Shown in pieces: positions 46,179 through 55,800 of a stretch of 64,000 nt of DNA. This stretch comes from Parcubacteria group bacterium. Its GTDB lineage: Bacteria > Patescibacteriota > Patescibacteriia > Buchananbacterales > UBA6539. The notes under the pieces are model-generated. The model did no database searches and was not told the DNA's origin. It was given only the letters and a program-made list of their open reading frames with translations. Within the stretch, counting starts at the first letter, position 1, and the number at the start of each line of letters is the position of its first letter. A program made the position numbers and the translations under genes. The stretch covers positions 839 to 64,838 of the forward strand of contig NYZP01000001.1 of NCBI GenBank assembly GCA_002687175.1, read 5' to 3'.

Positions 46179-49100
46179 TTAAAAGCCGGATAATTGCATC
46201 CAGGTAGCGTAAATTTCTTCGGCCGTTCGGCCCAGGTTAGAGATTCTAATCTCATCAAGGGCACCATCATAGAAGAAATAATCTACATTCTCCCAAACGC
46301 ATTTACCAAAGTACAATGGGCAAGAACTTTTGGTGATAACATTGACCGTTGGATCAGAGTTGTCCAACTGACCGTTAATGTAAATCTGACGGCCGACTGA
46401 ATTCTGAACTACAACCACGTAGTACCACTGACCAACCATCAGCTGACGATTACTAATTAAAGCAGTCATTGGCGTGCTTGGATTGCTGGTGGTTTCCCAG
46501 CGTATCCTACCAGCTGACTCACCGGTACCCAAGGCAACCACGTAAGAACGATTGTTCCTGTCAGCTTTACTAAATATGAACTGGGTATCAGTCGTATTGT
46601 TTGGCTTAAGCCAAAACTCAATTGTAATTTCTGATGGCATTAATTCATCATCAGTCGGCACCATTAAAAACTGGGTAACTCCATCCAGGTCAATGGCACC
46701 ATCAGCCAGCTGATTAAAGCCAGATATCGACATAGATGAACCAAAGGCCAGCAAATCAAGTTCGGGCTTGCCACCATAATTGACCAATTTTTGTTCAGTT
46801 CCGGTCTGACCATTGAGAGGCCAAAGACCAACAGTAGAGTAATCACTTTCCAGATTGAAGATTAACTCAGAAACGGGTTGGCTAATTTCTGTTGGCAAAC
46901 CAGCTACTAGCAAGTCGTGATAAATATTTACGTCGCTAGCAGACATTGAACCGGCGGAAATAACCAGTTCATCAATTTCTCCCTGAAACAGAAAATAATC
47001 AACACCATCAAAGATTTGCTTACCAACCAGCAATGGAGCCGTGCTGTTAGGCACAACATTACCGACAGCATCACTATTATCCAGCTGACCATCCAGGTAG
47101 ATAAAGCGACCTAAAGCACTTTGCACTACCACCAAGTGATACCAGCGTTTTGTCATGATAATGGTCTGTGACATCAAATAAGTTAGTGGGCTAGCCGGTT
47201 GGCTAGTCGTTCCCCACATTACCTTACCCTTATCACTGCCCACTCCACAGATGCTCAAATCATAGGAGCGATCACCATTTTCCAGCTTGGACAAAAGTGT
47301 CATAGTGCTGTTCAGTCTAGGAAACTGAAACCAAAGACTGATAGTCAATTCACTGGTGGTTAACTGATCATCGTCATTGATCAGTAAATAGCTTTCACCG
47401 TTAAACTGATAAGCTCCATCATCCTGGCCAGTAAAACCCGGGGCTGAGCCAACAGCACCGACTTCCATTAAATCGCCCAATGAGCTTTCTTGAACATTAC
47501 GACGTTTTTCAACTGAGCCAACTAAACCATCCATATACCAATCACCAAGCAAATTTTCCTGCCAGTTGAGCCAAAATAGCTCTTCGGCGGTGACAGCACT
47601 ATCAAGGATGGCAAAAACGGCTTCAGCGATGTTATTGTCCTCACTCGGTTCACTAATAATACTGTCGGCATCAGCCACCACGGTAATTACATAATCACCA
47701 GCTGGCAATGCCATCAGATAAAACTGCTCTTGCCAACTTCCGTTAGCGACCAATTCCGGCAACAAGACAGAAACAATTAGCTCTAGGCTGCCGGTTGACA
47801 ATTCTTCAAGCCAAACTTCCATCCGGCTAACCAGACTACTGCGGTTGGCTAGGTTGCTGATACTTGGTGCTAAGACCACTTCCTCTCCTGGAACAAAAAC
47901 GCCCAGGTTAAACGGAATGTCAGCCACCAAGTCAGTAAATGGCTTCAATTGAATCTGATGGATACCACTATCACTGACCTTGGAATAACTGCCGAAGCTG
48001 CCAGTATACTCAACGTACAGAGCAAAAGCCACTTCAACACTATTCTCATACCAATCTTCAGTAGTGAAAGGTATTGCCACCTCAACATAACCTTTAGCCG
48101 GTATGACAATTCCGCTCAGGTCGAACTGACCAGGCACCAGCCAAGAATTGCCGCTGACAAGCGTTTGGTAGGACGGGTTAGCCAAGCCTTGTTGAAAACC
48201 ATTTTCCAAGCGGAAAATGGCAGTGTGGCTTTCGCCAGGACCAGCATAAACTACACCAACTGGTACAATGGTAAAGTTCTCGCCAATAAAAATGGTTTTT
48301 GTTTGACTACGGCCGATTAACACGGCTTGATTATCAAACACCTCAACGTAAATATTGTAAGAACCATTGGCCAAATTACTGATCCAGTACCCTTCTCCAG
48401 GACTGGCCACGTATCGTTGTCCATTGACCACAATCTCAACAAAGCTGGCGTTGGGCAAATCAGGTAACAGAAATTCAATCTGATTGTTCCTGACCCAATG
48501 TGCGAAATCAACAACTTCTACTTCTGGCAATTCCTCCGCCGGAGTAGTGACTGAAACTTCTGCTGCTTCTGCCAAGACATTAGCGTTGCCATCAACGGCC
48601 ACCACTTTGAAAACATAAGTGGTGCTAGGAGACAGTCCATAGACAGTAAGCTCAAAATTAGCCATATCAGCGATATACTGTCCATCCTGGTAGACTTCAT
48701 AATGTTCTGCACTAATGTCATTATTGGTGACAAAAGCACTTTCTGGCGATAAGGCCCAAGCTTCGATCAACAGTTCGTCACTTTGTCCAGGTATCAATGC
48801 AATGGTGAAATCAGCACCTCCGCGACCATCAGGTATACCCAAAGCAACAACACCGTTCTCCGGCCGCCAAATCAAAAACTTATTGTCGACCATGAAATCT
48901 TGACGAAGATAAGTCACCTTGGCTTTATCCTCATTAAAACTACCATTCTCGTACGGATAGTGGGCCCAGGGATACTCATTGGAAATTGGTGCATTTAATT
49001 CCTTGGGTCCATCTACGTCAGACATGTAATACCATCTAAACCCATCTTTGATCAAAAAAGCTTGCCCTAAGACTGAGTTGTAGATAATCGCCGAGTAAAA

Positions 49101-49883
49101 TCCAGTTTCTGAATTATAGAAATCCTGAATTTCTACGTAGGTTGAACCATCTTGACTGTACCAACGGTGAACATAGAAACCTCCACCATTATCAAACGGA
49201 TCACCAATCAGACTCGAGAATTGATTTGCTACTTCAGTAATTTCCTGATGAAACGTTCCGTCTTCCCAGTAACCAGTAATGAGCGACGTCTGCCCATTAT
49301 TACCTGACTCATACACATGTCCACGTACTAAACCAGCGATGAATTCATTCGAATTAAATTCTCTAAATGAACCACCAGCTGTCACATCTCTAGCCCATAT
49401 TCTTTCAGCGATGACAGATACACTTTGACCTGCATCTTGTGAAGGATCGCCCTCGTGTAAACCATAGTGAATATGATCTCCACTACAATTACCAGTACAA
49501 CCTTCAATTCCGATGACCTGCCCTTGATCAACCCATTGACCATTCTGAATACTAAAACTTTTCAGATGTGATCCTGGGATGACAAAAAGCCCATTACCGA
49601 CATCAATATTCACATGATTACCAAAACCATCAGGACCATTGCTGTAGTGAATATAAGCTATACCACTGATAGACGCTACGACTACATGATCTTGATCATT
49701 TGGTGTGTCAAAATCTAAATCATAACGAGTCGTGACACCATTATGGCTATAAATTTCACCAGGTCCTTGAGTACATAAATATTGTACCCCCGCAGGGAAT
49801 GGCAACTGCAGTAAGGGCTGTTCAGTAAAGGCTGATCCACTAATTACTAAGAGAAATACTGCCACCACTTGTAACTTTCTCAT
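46179..49883 (-). CDS. large secreted multidomain protein: N-terminal M23-like peptidase domain, Ig/FN3-like middle, two C-terminal LamG/concanavalin-like domains
   Basis: Strong SD AGGAGG 6 nt upstream. Signal peptide. GNHVNIDVG...GDHIHYGLHEG is the M23 HxH pattern. The C-terminal repeats (LTISLWFQFPRLNSTMT...; ITIEFWLKPNNTTDTQF...) are LamG-like. Higher GC than neighbours. Confidence 0.65.
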   Translation of the reverse strand: MRKLQVVAVFLLVISGSAFTEQPLLQLPFPAGVQYLCTQGPGEIYSHNGVTTRYDLDFDTPNDQDHVVVASISGIAYIHYSNGPDGFGNHVNIDVGNGLFVIPGSHLKSFSIQNGQWVDQGQVIGIEGCTGNCSGDHIHYGLHEGDPSQDAGQSVSVIAERIWARDVTAGGSFREFNSNEFIAGLVRGHVYESGNNGQTSLITGYWEDGTFHQEITEVANQFSSLIGDPFDNGGGFYVHRWYSQDGSTYVEIQDFYNSETGFYSAIIYNSVLGQAFLIKDGFRWYYMSDVDGPKELNAPISNEYPWAHYPYENGSFNEDKAKVTYLRQDFMVDNKFLIWRPENGVVALGIPDGRGGADFTIALIPGQSDELLIEAWALSPESAFVTNNDISAEHYEVYQDGQYIADMANFELTVYGLSPSTTYVFKVVAVDGNANVLAEAAEVSVTTPAEELPEVEVVDFAHWVRNNQIEFLLPDLPNASFVEIVVNGQRYVASPGEGYWISNLANGSYNIYVEVFDNQAVLIGRSQTKTIFIGENFTIVPVGVVYAGPGESHTAIFRLENGFQQGLANPSYQTLVSGNSWLVPGQFDLSGIVIPAKGYVEVAIPFTTEDWYENSVEVAFALYVEYTGSFGSYSKVSDSGIHQIQLKPFTDLVADIPFNLGVFVPGEEVVLAPSISNLANRSSLVSRMEVWLEELSTGSLELIVSVLLPELVANGSWQEQFYLMALPAGDYVITVVADADSIISEPSEDNNIAEAVFAILDSAVTAEELFWLNWQENLLGDWYMDGLVGSVEKRRNVQESSLGDLMEVGAVGSAPGFTGQDDGAYQFNGESYLLINDDDQLTTSELTISLWFQFPRLNSTMTLLSKLENGDRSYDLSICGVGSDKGKVMWGTTSQPASPLTYLMSQTIIMTKRWYHLVVVQSALGRFIYLDGQLDNSDAVGNVVPNSTAPLLVGKQIFDGVDYFLFQGEIDELVISAGSMSASDVNIYHDLLVAGLPTEISQPVSELIFNLESDYSTVGLWPLNGQTGTEQKLVNYGGKPELDLLAFGSSMSISGFNQLADGAIDLDGVTQFLMVPTDDELMPSEITIEFWLKPNNTTDTQFIFSKADRNNRSYVVALGTGESAGRIRWETTSNPSTPMTALISNRQLMVGQWYYVVVVQNSVGRQIYINGQLDNSDPTVNVITKSSCPLYFGKCVWENVDYFFYDGALDEIRISNLGRTAEEIYATWMQLSGF

Positions 49884-50031
49884 GACTAACCTCCTATTTA
49901 GTTTAGATTGTCAATGAACACTTCACATCATAAAAAAACTCTCCGTACTTAGAGAGCTTTTCTAAAAACAACATAATGTCTTCTTAGAGAAGCTCTCTAA
50001 GTGCACTATGTTGATTGAGATAATTTATTAG

Positions 50032-50547
50032 CTAAAGAAGAAAATTAAAGTTAGATATAATTGATTCTAAAATTTTATGATCTGCTTCATTACTAATTAA
50101 TAATTCTAGTCTATTACAATTTTTTAAATCATCTTCACATATATCCCAATTTTTAATTTCTATTGTAAAATTATATAATATTAAAGTTTTTCCTTCTAAC
50201 AATGACCATTCTCTTAAATTAACTGGCTTGTTGTCAATTGATTCAACATTCTTGATTGGTACTGTAGATGGTAAACCATGATTAAAATTACCTTTAGGTA
50301 AGATTGATAAACTGGATTGTTCATTTGTAATAAAAAACCCCTTTGAGTAATTAAATCGCTCACTAAATGACCATCCATCTGGATATTTTATTTCAAATCC
50401 AAATTCCTCATTAGTGTAAGTCTGCCAATCTGCAGTATTAATCACATTTGTATTGTCTACTGATTTTTTGACACAACCAAAAAGCCCTAATCCAAAAATC
50501 ATGGTTAAAATTACAAAAGCAAATTGTTTTTTTCCAAACTTAATCAT
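50032..50547 (-). CDS. hypothetical lipoprotein
   Basis: Signal peptide with lipobox LFGC. No domain recognised. Terminator hairpins downstream at 49950-50017. Confidence 0.45.
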   Translation of the reverse strand: MIKFGKKQFAFVILTMIFGLGLFGCVKKSVDNTNVINTADWQTYTNEEFGFEIKYPDGWSFSERFNYSKGFFITNEQSSLSILPKGNFNHGLPSTVPIKNVESIDNKPVNLREWSLLEGKTLILYNFTIEIKNWDICEDDLKNCNRLELLISNEADHKILESIISNFNFLL

Positions 50548-50599
50548 AGCTCGACTAAATAAAAATAAACGCCATCGGCGCTACATTGATTTGTATATT

Positions 50600-51140
50600 C
50601 ATCTACTAACATTTTACCACTTATAAAAATAACGTCAATACACAAAAGTGGATAAATTGTGATCTAGTTAATTTTTTCTAAAGTTTTATTTAAAGTATTA
50701 TATTTATGATGTTTCTTTTGATTATCTATGTATTTTCTTACTATGGTAAAATCTTTTTCCGATAGGCTAAAAACACCATACCCTTTCTGCCAAAAAAAAT
50801 TTTGATTATTTTGTGAAATATTTATATAGCGTGACGAGCTTCCTTTAATTCTATTGACAAATTCAGAAATGCTAACCTTCGGAGGTATATGACGTAATAA
50901 ATGGACATGATCATCTATATTGTTAAATGTAAAACTCTTACCATGACACTCAATTATTTTTTTTTGGAATGTAATTTTTTATTAATTTTTCAATTGGATC
51001 AGTAATTAAAGGTTCTCTATTCTTAGTAGACCAAATAATATGATAATATAATTTATGAAAAACATTTGACATATCTTTATTATCGCCCGGGCATTCATGC
51101 CCGGGCTGAGATTTTACAAATGTCCCTAAAGGGACATAAT
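50600..51140 (-). mobile_element. IS200/IS605-family insertion sequence (tnpA only), with subterminal hairpins
   Basis: Carries a Y1 HUH transposase ORF. There are perfect palindromes GCCCGGGCAT-tc-ATGCCCGGGC (51085-51106) and ATGTCCC-taaa-GGGACAT (51118-51135) upstream of tnpA, as at IS200/IS605 left ends. The boundaries are approximate. Confidence 0.6.
50664..51072 (-). pseudogene. tnpA: IS200-type Y1 transposase TnpA, frameshifted at an A9 tract
   Basis: N-terminal part MSNVFHKLYYHIIWSTKNREPLITDPIEKLIKNYIPKK. After the A9 run at 50957-50965 the frame changes to ...DDHVHLLRHIPPKVSISEFVNRIKGSSSRYI...FWQKGYGVFS, with the HUH motif and catalytic Y. The total span is 409 nt, not a multiple of 3. 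Confidence 0.65.
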
Positions 51141-51222
51141 TTTTAAATTTAGCACTCCCTTATCTTACTACGCTCTAATTTTATCTTTAAACCAAGGAAG
51201 AGAATATTACAGCCCTGCCCTT

Positions 51223-51270
51223 CAGGGCTGGGCTAATTCAGGGCTGGGCTAATTCAGGGCTGGGCTAATT
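51223..51270. repeat. 16-bp tandem repeat (cagggctgggctaatt x3) preceded by inverted copy agccctgccc
   Basis: Read directly. It lies between the IS end and the mrdA terminator. Confidence 0.8.
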
Positions 51271-51307
51271 AAAATATATTGGCTAATTAAAATGCATCCT
51301 ACTGATT

Positions 51308-51335
51308 TAAAAATAAAAAAAGTGCCTAAGGCACT
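51308..51335 (-). terminator. terminator after mrdA
   Basis: On the - strand, AGTGCC-tta-GGCACT followed by TTTTTTTATTTTT. Confidence 0.6.
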
Positions 51336-51419
51336 ATGTTGATCCTGTCACTTGATATTTAGCTAAAGACTTTATTCATCTGTAAACATTTTACCATTTC
51401 TGAAAACCATGTCAATAAA

Positions 51420-53375
51420 TTACCTATTCTCCGCCCACCAATTTACGATGTCACGAACCACTGGTAAGGCAGTGGTAGTGCCACCTATTCCCTCTTCCAC
51501 TAAAACAGTCACCACGATCTGTGGATCGTCATAAGGGGCAAAGGCGGTTAACCAAGCATGAGGTTCTTTAGTACTGGACCATTGAGCCGTACCGGTTTTG
51601 GCGGCCACGGTAATTGGTAAACCAAAAAGTCCTTGAGCTGAGCCCGAGAGCACCGCCTGACGCAAACCACGGTTAACCGTAGAAATATTTTCTGGTCTGA
51701 TAAAATTCTGATCGATAATTTGAGGATCTATTTCAGTGACCACATTATTATCTTTGTCTAAAATTTCTTTAACCAGATATGGTTTATATAATATTCCATC
51801 GTTAGCAAAGGCCGAAGTCCATACTGCCATCTGTAACGGGGTGACTAAAATATCACCCTGACCAATAGCTAGATGATAGGTGTCCCCGATATACCAACTT
51901 TCTTGTTTAACACTTTCCTTCCAGGCAATGGTTGGCAAAAATCCAGACGCTTCTCCTGGCAAATCAATACCTAGTGGCTCATTTAAATTAAACTTTTCGG
52001 CATAGCGTTTAATATTAGCCACCCCTAGGCCATCAAACTCCTCTTCTAGCCCACCACCAATAATGTAAAAATAGGTGTTGACCGATTCGGCTAAAGCCTT
52101 AACCACATTAGTCCAACCATGTCCCCCCGCTTTCCAATCAGGAAAAAACCAACTTTTAATACCTAGGCCACCAGTACTTAAAAAACTTTTAGCTGGCGTC
52201 ACAATATTTTCTTCTAAAGCCGCTGCCGCCACAATCATTTTAAAAGTTGAACCTGAGGGATACTCGCCACTGATAGCACGACTAAACAACGGCTGATTAG
52301 GATCATTAATCAATTCGGAAAATTCATCACCAGATATTCCTCGGCTGAACAAGTTGTTGTCAAACGACGGCCAGTTAACCATTGCTAGAACTTCTCCGGA
52401 ATTTGGATTCATCACAATAGCCACACCACGTTTTTTGTCATAAGCGCCAATGCTTCGACGCAAGCTAAGCTCAGCCTGCTTTTGCAGTTCCGCATCAATA
52501 GTTAAAACAAGGTTTTTCCCAGCAATTGGCTTTTCTTGAGCGATAACTTCTTTAGCTTCACCGGTAGCATCAACTTCAACCTGTTCACGTCCATTTACCC
52601 CTTTTAAAACATTCTCGTAGGAAAACTCAATGCCCGCTTTGCCAATATTGTCATTAAATGAGTAGCCCTGACTAAGATAACTTTCTAACTTATCCTCATT
52701 CAGTTTGCCTAGATAACCTAGAATATGAGAAAAGCTGGGATTATCTCCACTGGGTAAATAAAATCGAGTGTTATCGGTTTTTAAAATAACACCAGAATAA
52801 TTTCCCGTCACTATTTCAGTTAAGATGGCTTGATCTTGGGTTAAGACATCACCAACAATAACTGGTTGATAAGAATAAGGCGATTGACTTTCCATTAATT
52901 CTGTTATTTCCTCAGTTGAGATCAAAGAAATCTTTGATAACTCTTCAGCAATTTCTAATCTTTTCTGGGCATCACTGGACAAATCAACTGGTACAAAAGC
53001 CAAGAAAAAACCAGGAACATTTTTTACCAATAAATTCTGATGACGATCATAGATAACCCCCCGAGCCGCTTTAATATCCCTGACTCTGACGCGATTACCC
53101 TCGGCAATGGCACTAAAATGGTCCCCCATAACAATTTGTAAAAAAGCTGTTCTTATCACCAAAACTAGAATACCGGCTAGTAAAACCGCCAACCAAATAT
53201 TAATCACCTTGTTATTTAATAATAACCCTAAAGAGTTGTCTCTAATATTTGATTTAGTGTCGGAAAAAGACTCAACCTCGTGCCACTTACCTTTTAATTT
53301 TGAACGGCCTGAATAATTACCAAATCGTTGGTTATCATTAATGGCAAATGGATTAGAGCCAGCTCTAGGCCTCAT
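51420..53375 (-). CDS. mrdA: penicillin-binding protein 2 (elongasome transpeptidase)
   Basis: N-terminal anchor, dimerisation domain, and the transpeptidase motifs SxxK (SGSTFK), SxN (FSRAIS.. region) and KTG (AAKTGTAQ). Sits downstream of mreBCD. Confidence 0.85.
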   Translation of the reverse strand: MRPRAGSNPFAINDNQRFGNYSGRSKLKGKWHEVESFSDTKSNIRDNSLGLLLNNKVINIWLAVLLAGILVLVIRTAFLQIVMGDHFSAIAEGNRVRVRDIKAARGVIYDRHQNLLVKNVPGFFLAFVPVDLSSDAQKRLEIAEELSKISLISTEEITELMESQSPYSYQPVIVGDVLTQDQAILTEIVTGNYSGVILKTDNTRFYLPSGDNPSFSHILGYLGKLNEDKLESYLSQGYSFNDNIGKAGIEFSYENVLKGVNGREQVEVDATGEAKEVIAQEKPIAGKNLVLTIDAELQKQAELSLRRSIGAYDKKRGVAIVMNPNSGEVLAMVNWPSFDNNLFSRGISGDEFSELINDPNQPLFSRAISGEYPSGSTFKMIVAAAALEENIVTPAKSFLSTGGLGIKSWFFPDWKAGGHGWTNVVKALAESVNTYFYIIGGGLEEEFDGLGVANIKRYAEKFNLNEPLGIDLPGEASGFLPTIAWKESVKQESWYIGDTYHLAIGQGDILVTPLQMAVWTSAFANDGILYKPYLVKEILDKDNNVVTEIDPQIIDQNFIRPENISTVNRGLRQAVLSGSAQGLFGLPITVAAKTGTAQWSSTKEPHAWLTAFAPYDDPQIVVTVLVEEGIGGTTTALPVVRDIVNWWAENR

Positions 53376-53898
53376 AAAAAGGGTGGGATAAAAATATATT
53401 TCTTAATCGTCCAGTTGAAATATGATAAGTAAAGAAGATAATTGTCAAAATAATTAAATTTAGAAATGGTTGCCAGAAAAAGTATGTCCAAAAATTAAAA
53501 TTAATAGATATAGCATCAAAGCCAATAATGATAGTCAACAAGTTAAGCAGTACAATCAAAAAATTATAACTAATGGTACCAATAAACCCAAGAATCAGCA
53601 GTGAATAGAATGATCGATTGGTAAAAAAATTATTGAACAGTAAATTTAATAAAATTACAGTTAACATTAAACTGACGGTGACAACCCCAAAAGCTAAATT
53701 ACTGTATAATTCTAAAAAAATTCCGCCACCTAAACCCCACCACAGACCACGCTGATAGCTTAAAATTACGGTTACAAAAATAACTAAACTTAAAATTAAA
53801 TTTAAACCATTAACTGGAAAAAGCCAGGTAGTTAAAAAACTGATCTGAATAATACCCAAAATAATTATTAATAAAATGTTGAGCAGAATGCTAATCAT
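53365..53898 (-). CDS. mreD: rod shape-determining protein MreD (polytopic membrane protein)
   Basis: 177 aa, about 5 TM helices. Position between mreC and mrdA. Confidence 0.5.
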   Translation of the reverse strand: MISILLNILLIIILGIIQISFLTTWLFPVNGLNLILSLVIFVTVILSYQRGLWWGLGGGIFLELYSNLAFGVVTVSLMLTVILLNLLFNNFFTNRSFYSLLILGFIGTISYNFLIVLLNLLTIIIGFDAISINFNFWTYFFWQPFLNLIILTIIFFTYHISTGRLRNIFLSHPFYEA

Positions 53899-54637
53899 CG
53901 ATTTGGCTGGTCAAAATTATAACCTGAGTTAAATTATCAATTTTAATAAGTGACTTAACCCGAGCCGTTTTGAATAAACTGTTTGGCTCAGTAATGACTT
54001 GGTTGACTTCACCAATGACTAGCCCCTGAGGAATAGTTTGTTCCAGACCAGAAGTTATAATAACGTCACCGGCTTTGACTTCATCTTCTTGAGGTAACAG
54101 TTCCATTTTCAAACTTAAACCATGTTCGCCGATAACAATCCCCTTAGAGTTTGTTTCATTTTGTACCAAAGCAGCGATCCGACTGTCCGAGTCATTAACC
54201 AAGATAGCTTCAGAACTGTTTCGTTTAACATTAGAAACTTTGCCAACCATGATACCGTTGGCAGTAATTAGCGGAGAATCAACAGTTACCCCACTACTAC
54301 TGCCACGATTTAAAATAATGGATTGATGAGAAGGCTCGGGATTTTTACCAATAATTTTTGCGGTTACTCCTTCAAGACCAGAACTGGCAAGATAATCTTG
54401 CAAAGCGGACAACTCCACACTATCAGAAATTTTTATTTTAAGCTGAGAATTTTCAACTTTTAAATCTGTTATTTGTTGCTCTAAATCTTGATAGGATTGG
54501 ACTAAATCTTTATTAACAAAGTAATTAGTATAAAAACTGTTAATCTTAATACCAACGCCATAAATTCGGTGTTGGATCGGCGAAAATATTCTGACCACAA
54601 TATTTTCTATTGGCCTTAAAATTCCCACGTAATGCAA
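53891..54637 (-). CDS. mreC: rod shape-determining protein MreC
   Basis: N-terminal anchor, coiled coil (LEQQITDLKVENSQLKIK) and the beta-barrel region GDVIITSGLEQTIPQGLVIGEV. Confidence 0.7.
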   Translation of the reverse strand: MHYVGILRPIENIVVRIFSPIQHRIYGVGIKINSFYTNYFVNKDLVQSYQDLEQQITDLKVENSQLKIKISDSVELSALQDYLASSGLEGVTAKIIGKNPEPSHQSIILNRGSSSGVTVDSPLITANGIMVGKVSNVKRNSSEAILVNDSDSRIAALVQNETNSKGIVIGEHGLSLKMELLPQEDEVKAGDVIITSGLEQTIPQGLVIGEVNQVITEPNSLFKTARVKSLIKIDNLTQVIILTSQIDD

Positions 54638-54734
54638 AAAATTAGCAGAATTACAACTGCTAACAAACCTACTGAAAGTCTACTTTTTCTAAAAAATTTT
54701 AACATAATAAATCAAATTATTTGATTTATTAAAA

Positions 54735-55793
54735 TTAACGAGATCCTTTTTCTTCTTTAGTTGATGAGGGTACGGCCACTTCTTGCAGTAAATTATCATC
54801 TTCTAAAATCAAGCCCATACCACGAACTGAACAAGTCAAAGAGTCTTCAATAACTTTAATCGGAATTTTAGTTGCCTTAGCAATAATTTTATCAAGACCA
54901 GTAAGCATAGCGCCACCACCAGCCAAAATCATGCCCCGTTGATAAATATCAGCCACTAATTCTGGTGGAGTAATCTCGAGTGTGCTTTTGATGCCTTCAA
55001 TAATCGTGGTGATTGATCGATTAAATGCTTGAGTTACCTGATCACTGTTAATTACTACTTCTTTAGGTAACCCTGTCATCAAATCACGTCCACGCATTTT
55101 AATTTCAATGGTTTCGTGGGAGTCTAAAATTCGACCAGATCTTATCTTGATATCTTCGGCTACTCGCTCACCTATTAATAAATTAAATTCACTGTGAGCA
55201 AATTGAATTATATCTTGATTAATTTTATTACCGGCCGTACGTAGTGACTTCCAGGCCACCACTCCAGACAGAGAAATGACGGCAATCTCGGTTACTCCGC
55301 CACCAAGGTCAACCACCATGTTACCTGAGGGATCTTGAATTGGTAATCTGGCACCAATCGCCGTAGCAATAACATTTTCGACTAAATAAACTTCCCTGGC
55401 TCCGGCCGACAATACCACATCTTCAACTGCCTTTTTTTCTACTTCGGTCACGTCCAAGGGAACACCAATTATTATTCGTGGACGAGGCGACAGACCAAAA
55501 CTTTCTTGTGAAATCCGATCAATAAAATACTTTAACATCTTTTCGGTCACTTCAAAATCATAAATGATAGCATCGACTAAGGGTCGAGAAATTGTAATGT
55601 GTGGTGGAGTCTTTCCCACCATTTTTTGAGCTTCTTCACCAACGGCTAAAATTTGATCATTACGATTGTTCAGAGCCACGATCGATGACTCATTAACAAC
55701 AATACCACGATCTTTAACGTAAATTAAAGTATTCGAGGTGCCTAAGTCAATCGCCACATCACGGGAGAATTTTTTGAATAAATTATTGAACAT
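54735..55793 (-). CDS. mreB: rod shape-determining protein MreB (actin homologue)
   Basis: VAIDLGTSNTLIYV...VVDLGGGVTEIAVISLSG...ILAGGGAMLTGLDKII are actin-fold phosphate, adenosine and connect motifs. Confidence 0.9.
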   Translation of the reverse strand: MFNNLFKKFSRDVAIDLGTSNTLIYVKDRGIVVNESSIVALNNRNDQILAVGEEAQKMVGKTPPHITISRPLVDAIIYDFEVTEKMLKYFIDRISQESFGLSPRPRIIIGVPLDVTEVEKKAVEDVVLSAGAREVYLVENVIATAIGARLPIQDPSGNMVVDLGGGVTEIAVISLSGVVAWKSLRTAGNKINQDIIQFAHSEFNLLIGERVAEDIKIRSGRILDSHETIEIKMRGRDLMTGLPKEVVINSDQVTQAFNRSITTIIEGIKSTLEITPPELVADIYQRGMILAGGGAMLTGLDKIIAKATKIPIKVIEDSLTCSVRGMGLILEDDNLLQEVAVPSSTKEEKGSR

Positions 55794-55800
55794 TTCTTCT

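Noticed and set aside
51223-51270. CRISPR array (16-bp x3 repeat) and the 14-bp repeat at 21741
   Set aside because: These are perfect head-to-tail tandem repeats with no interspersed unique spacers and no cas genes. They are not CRISPR.
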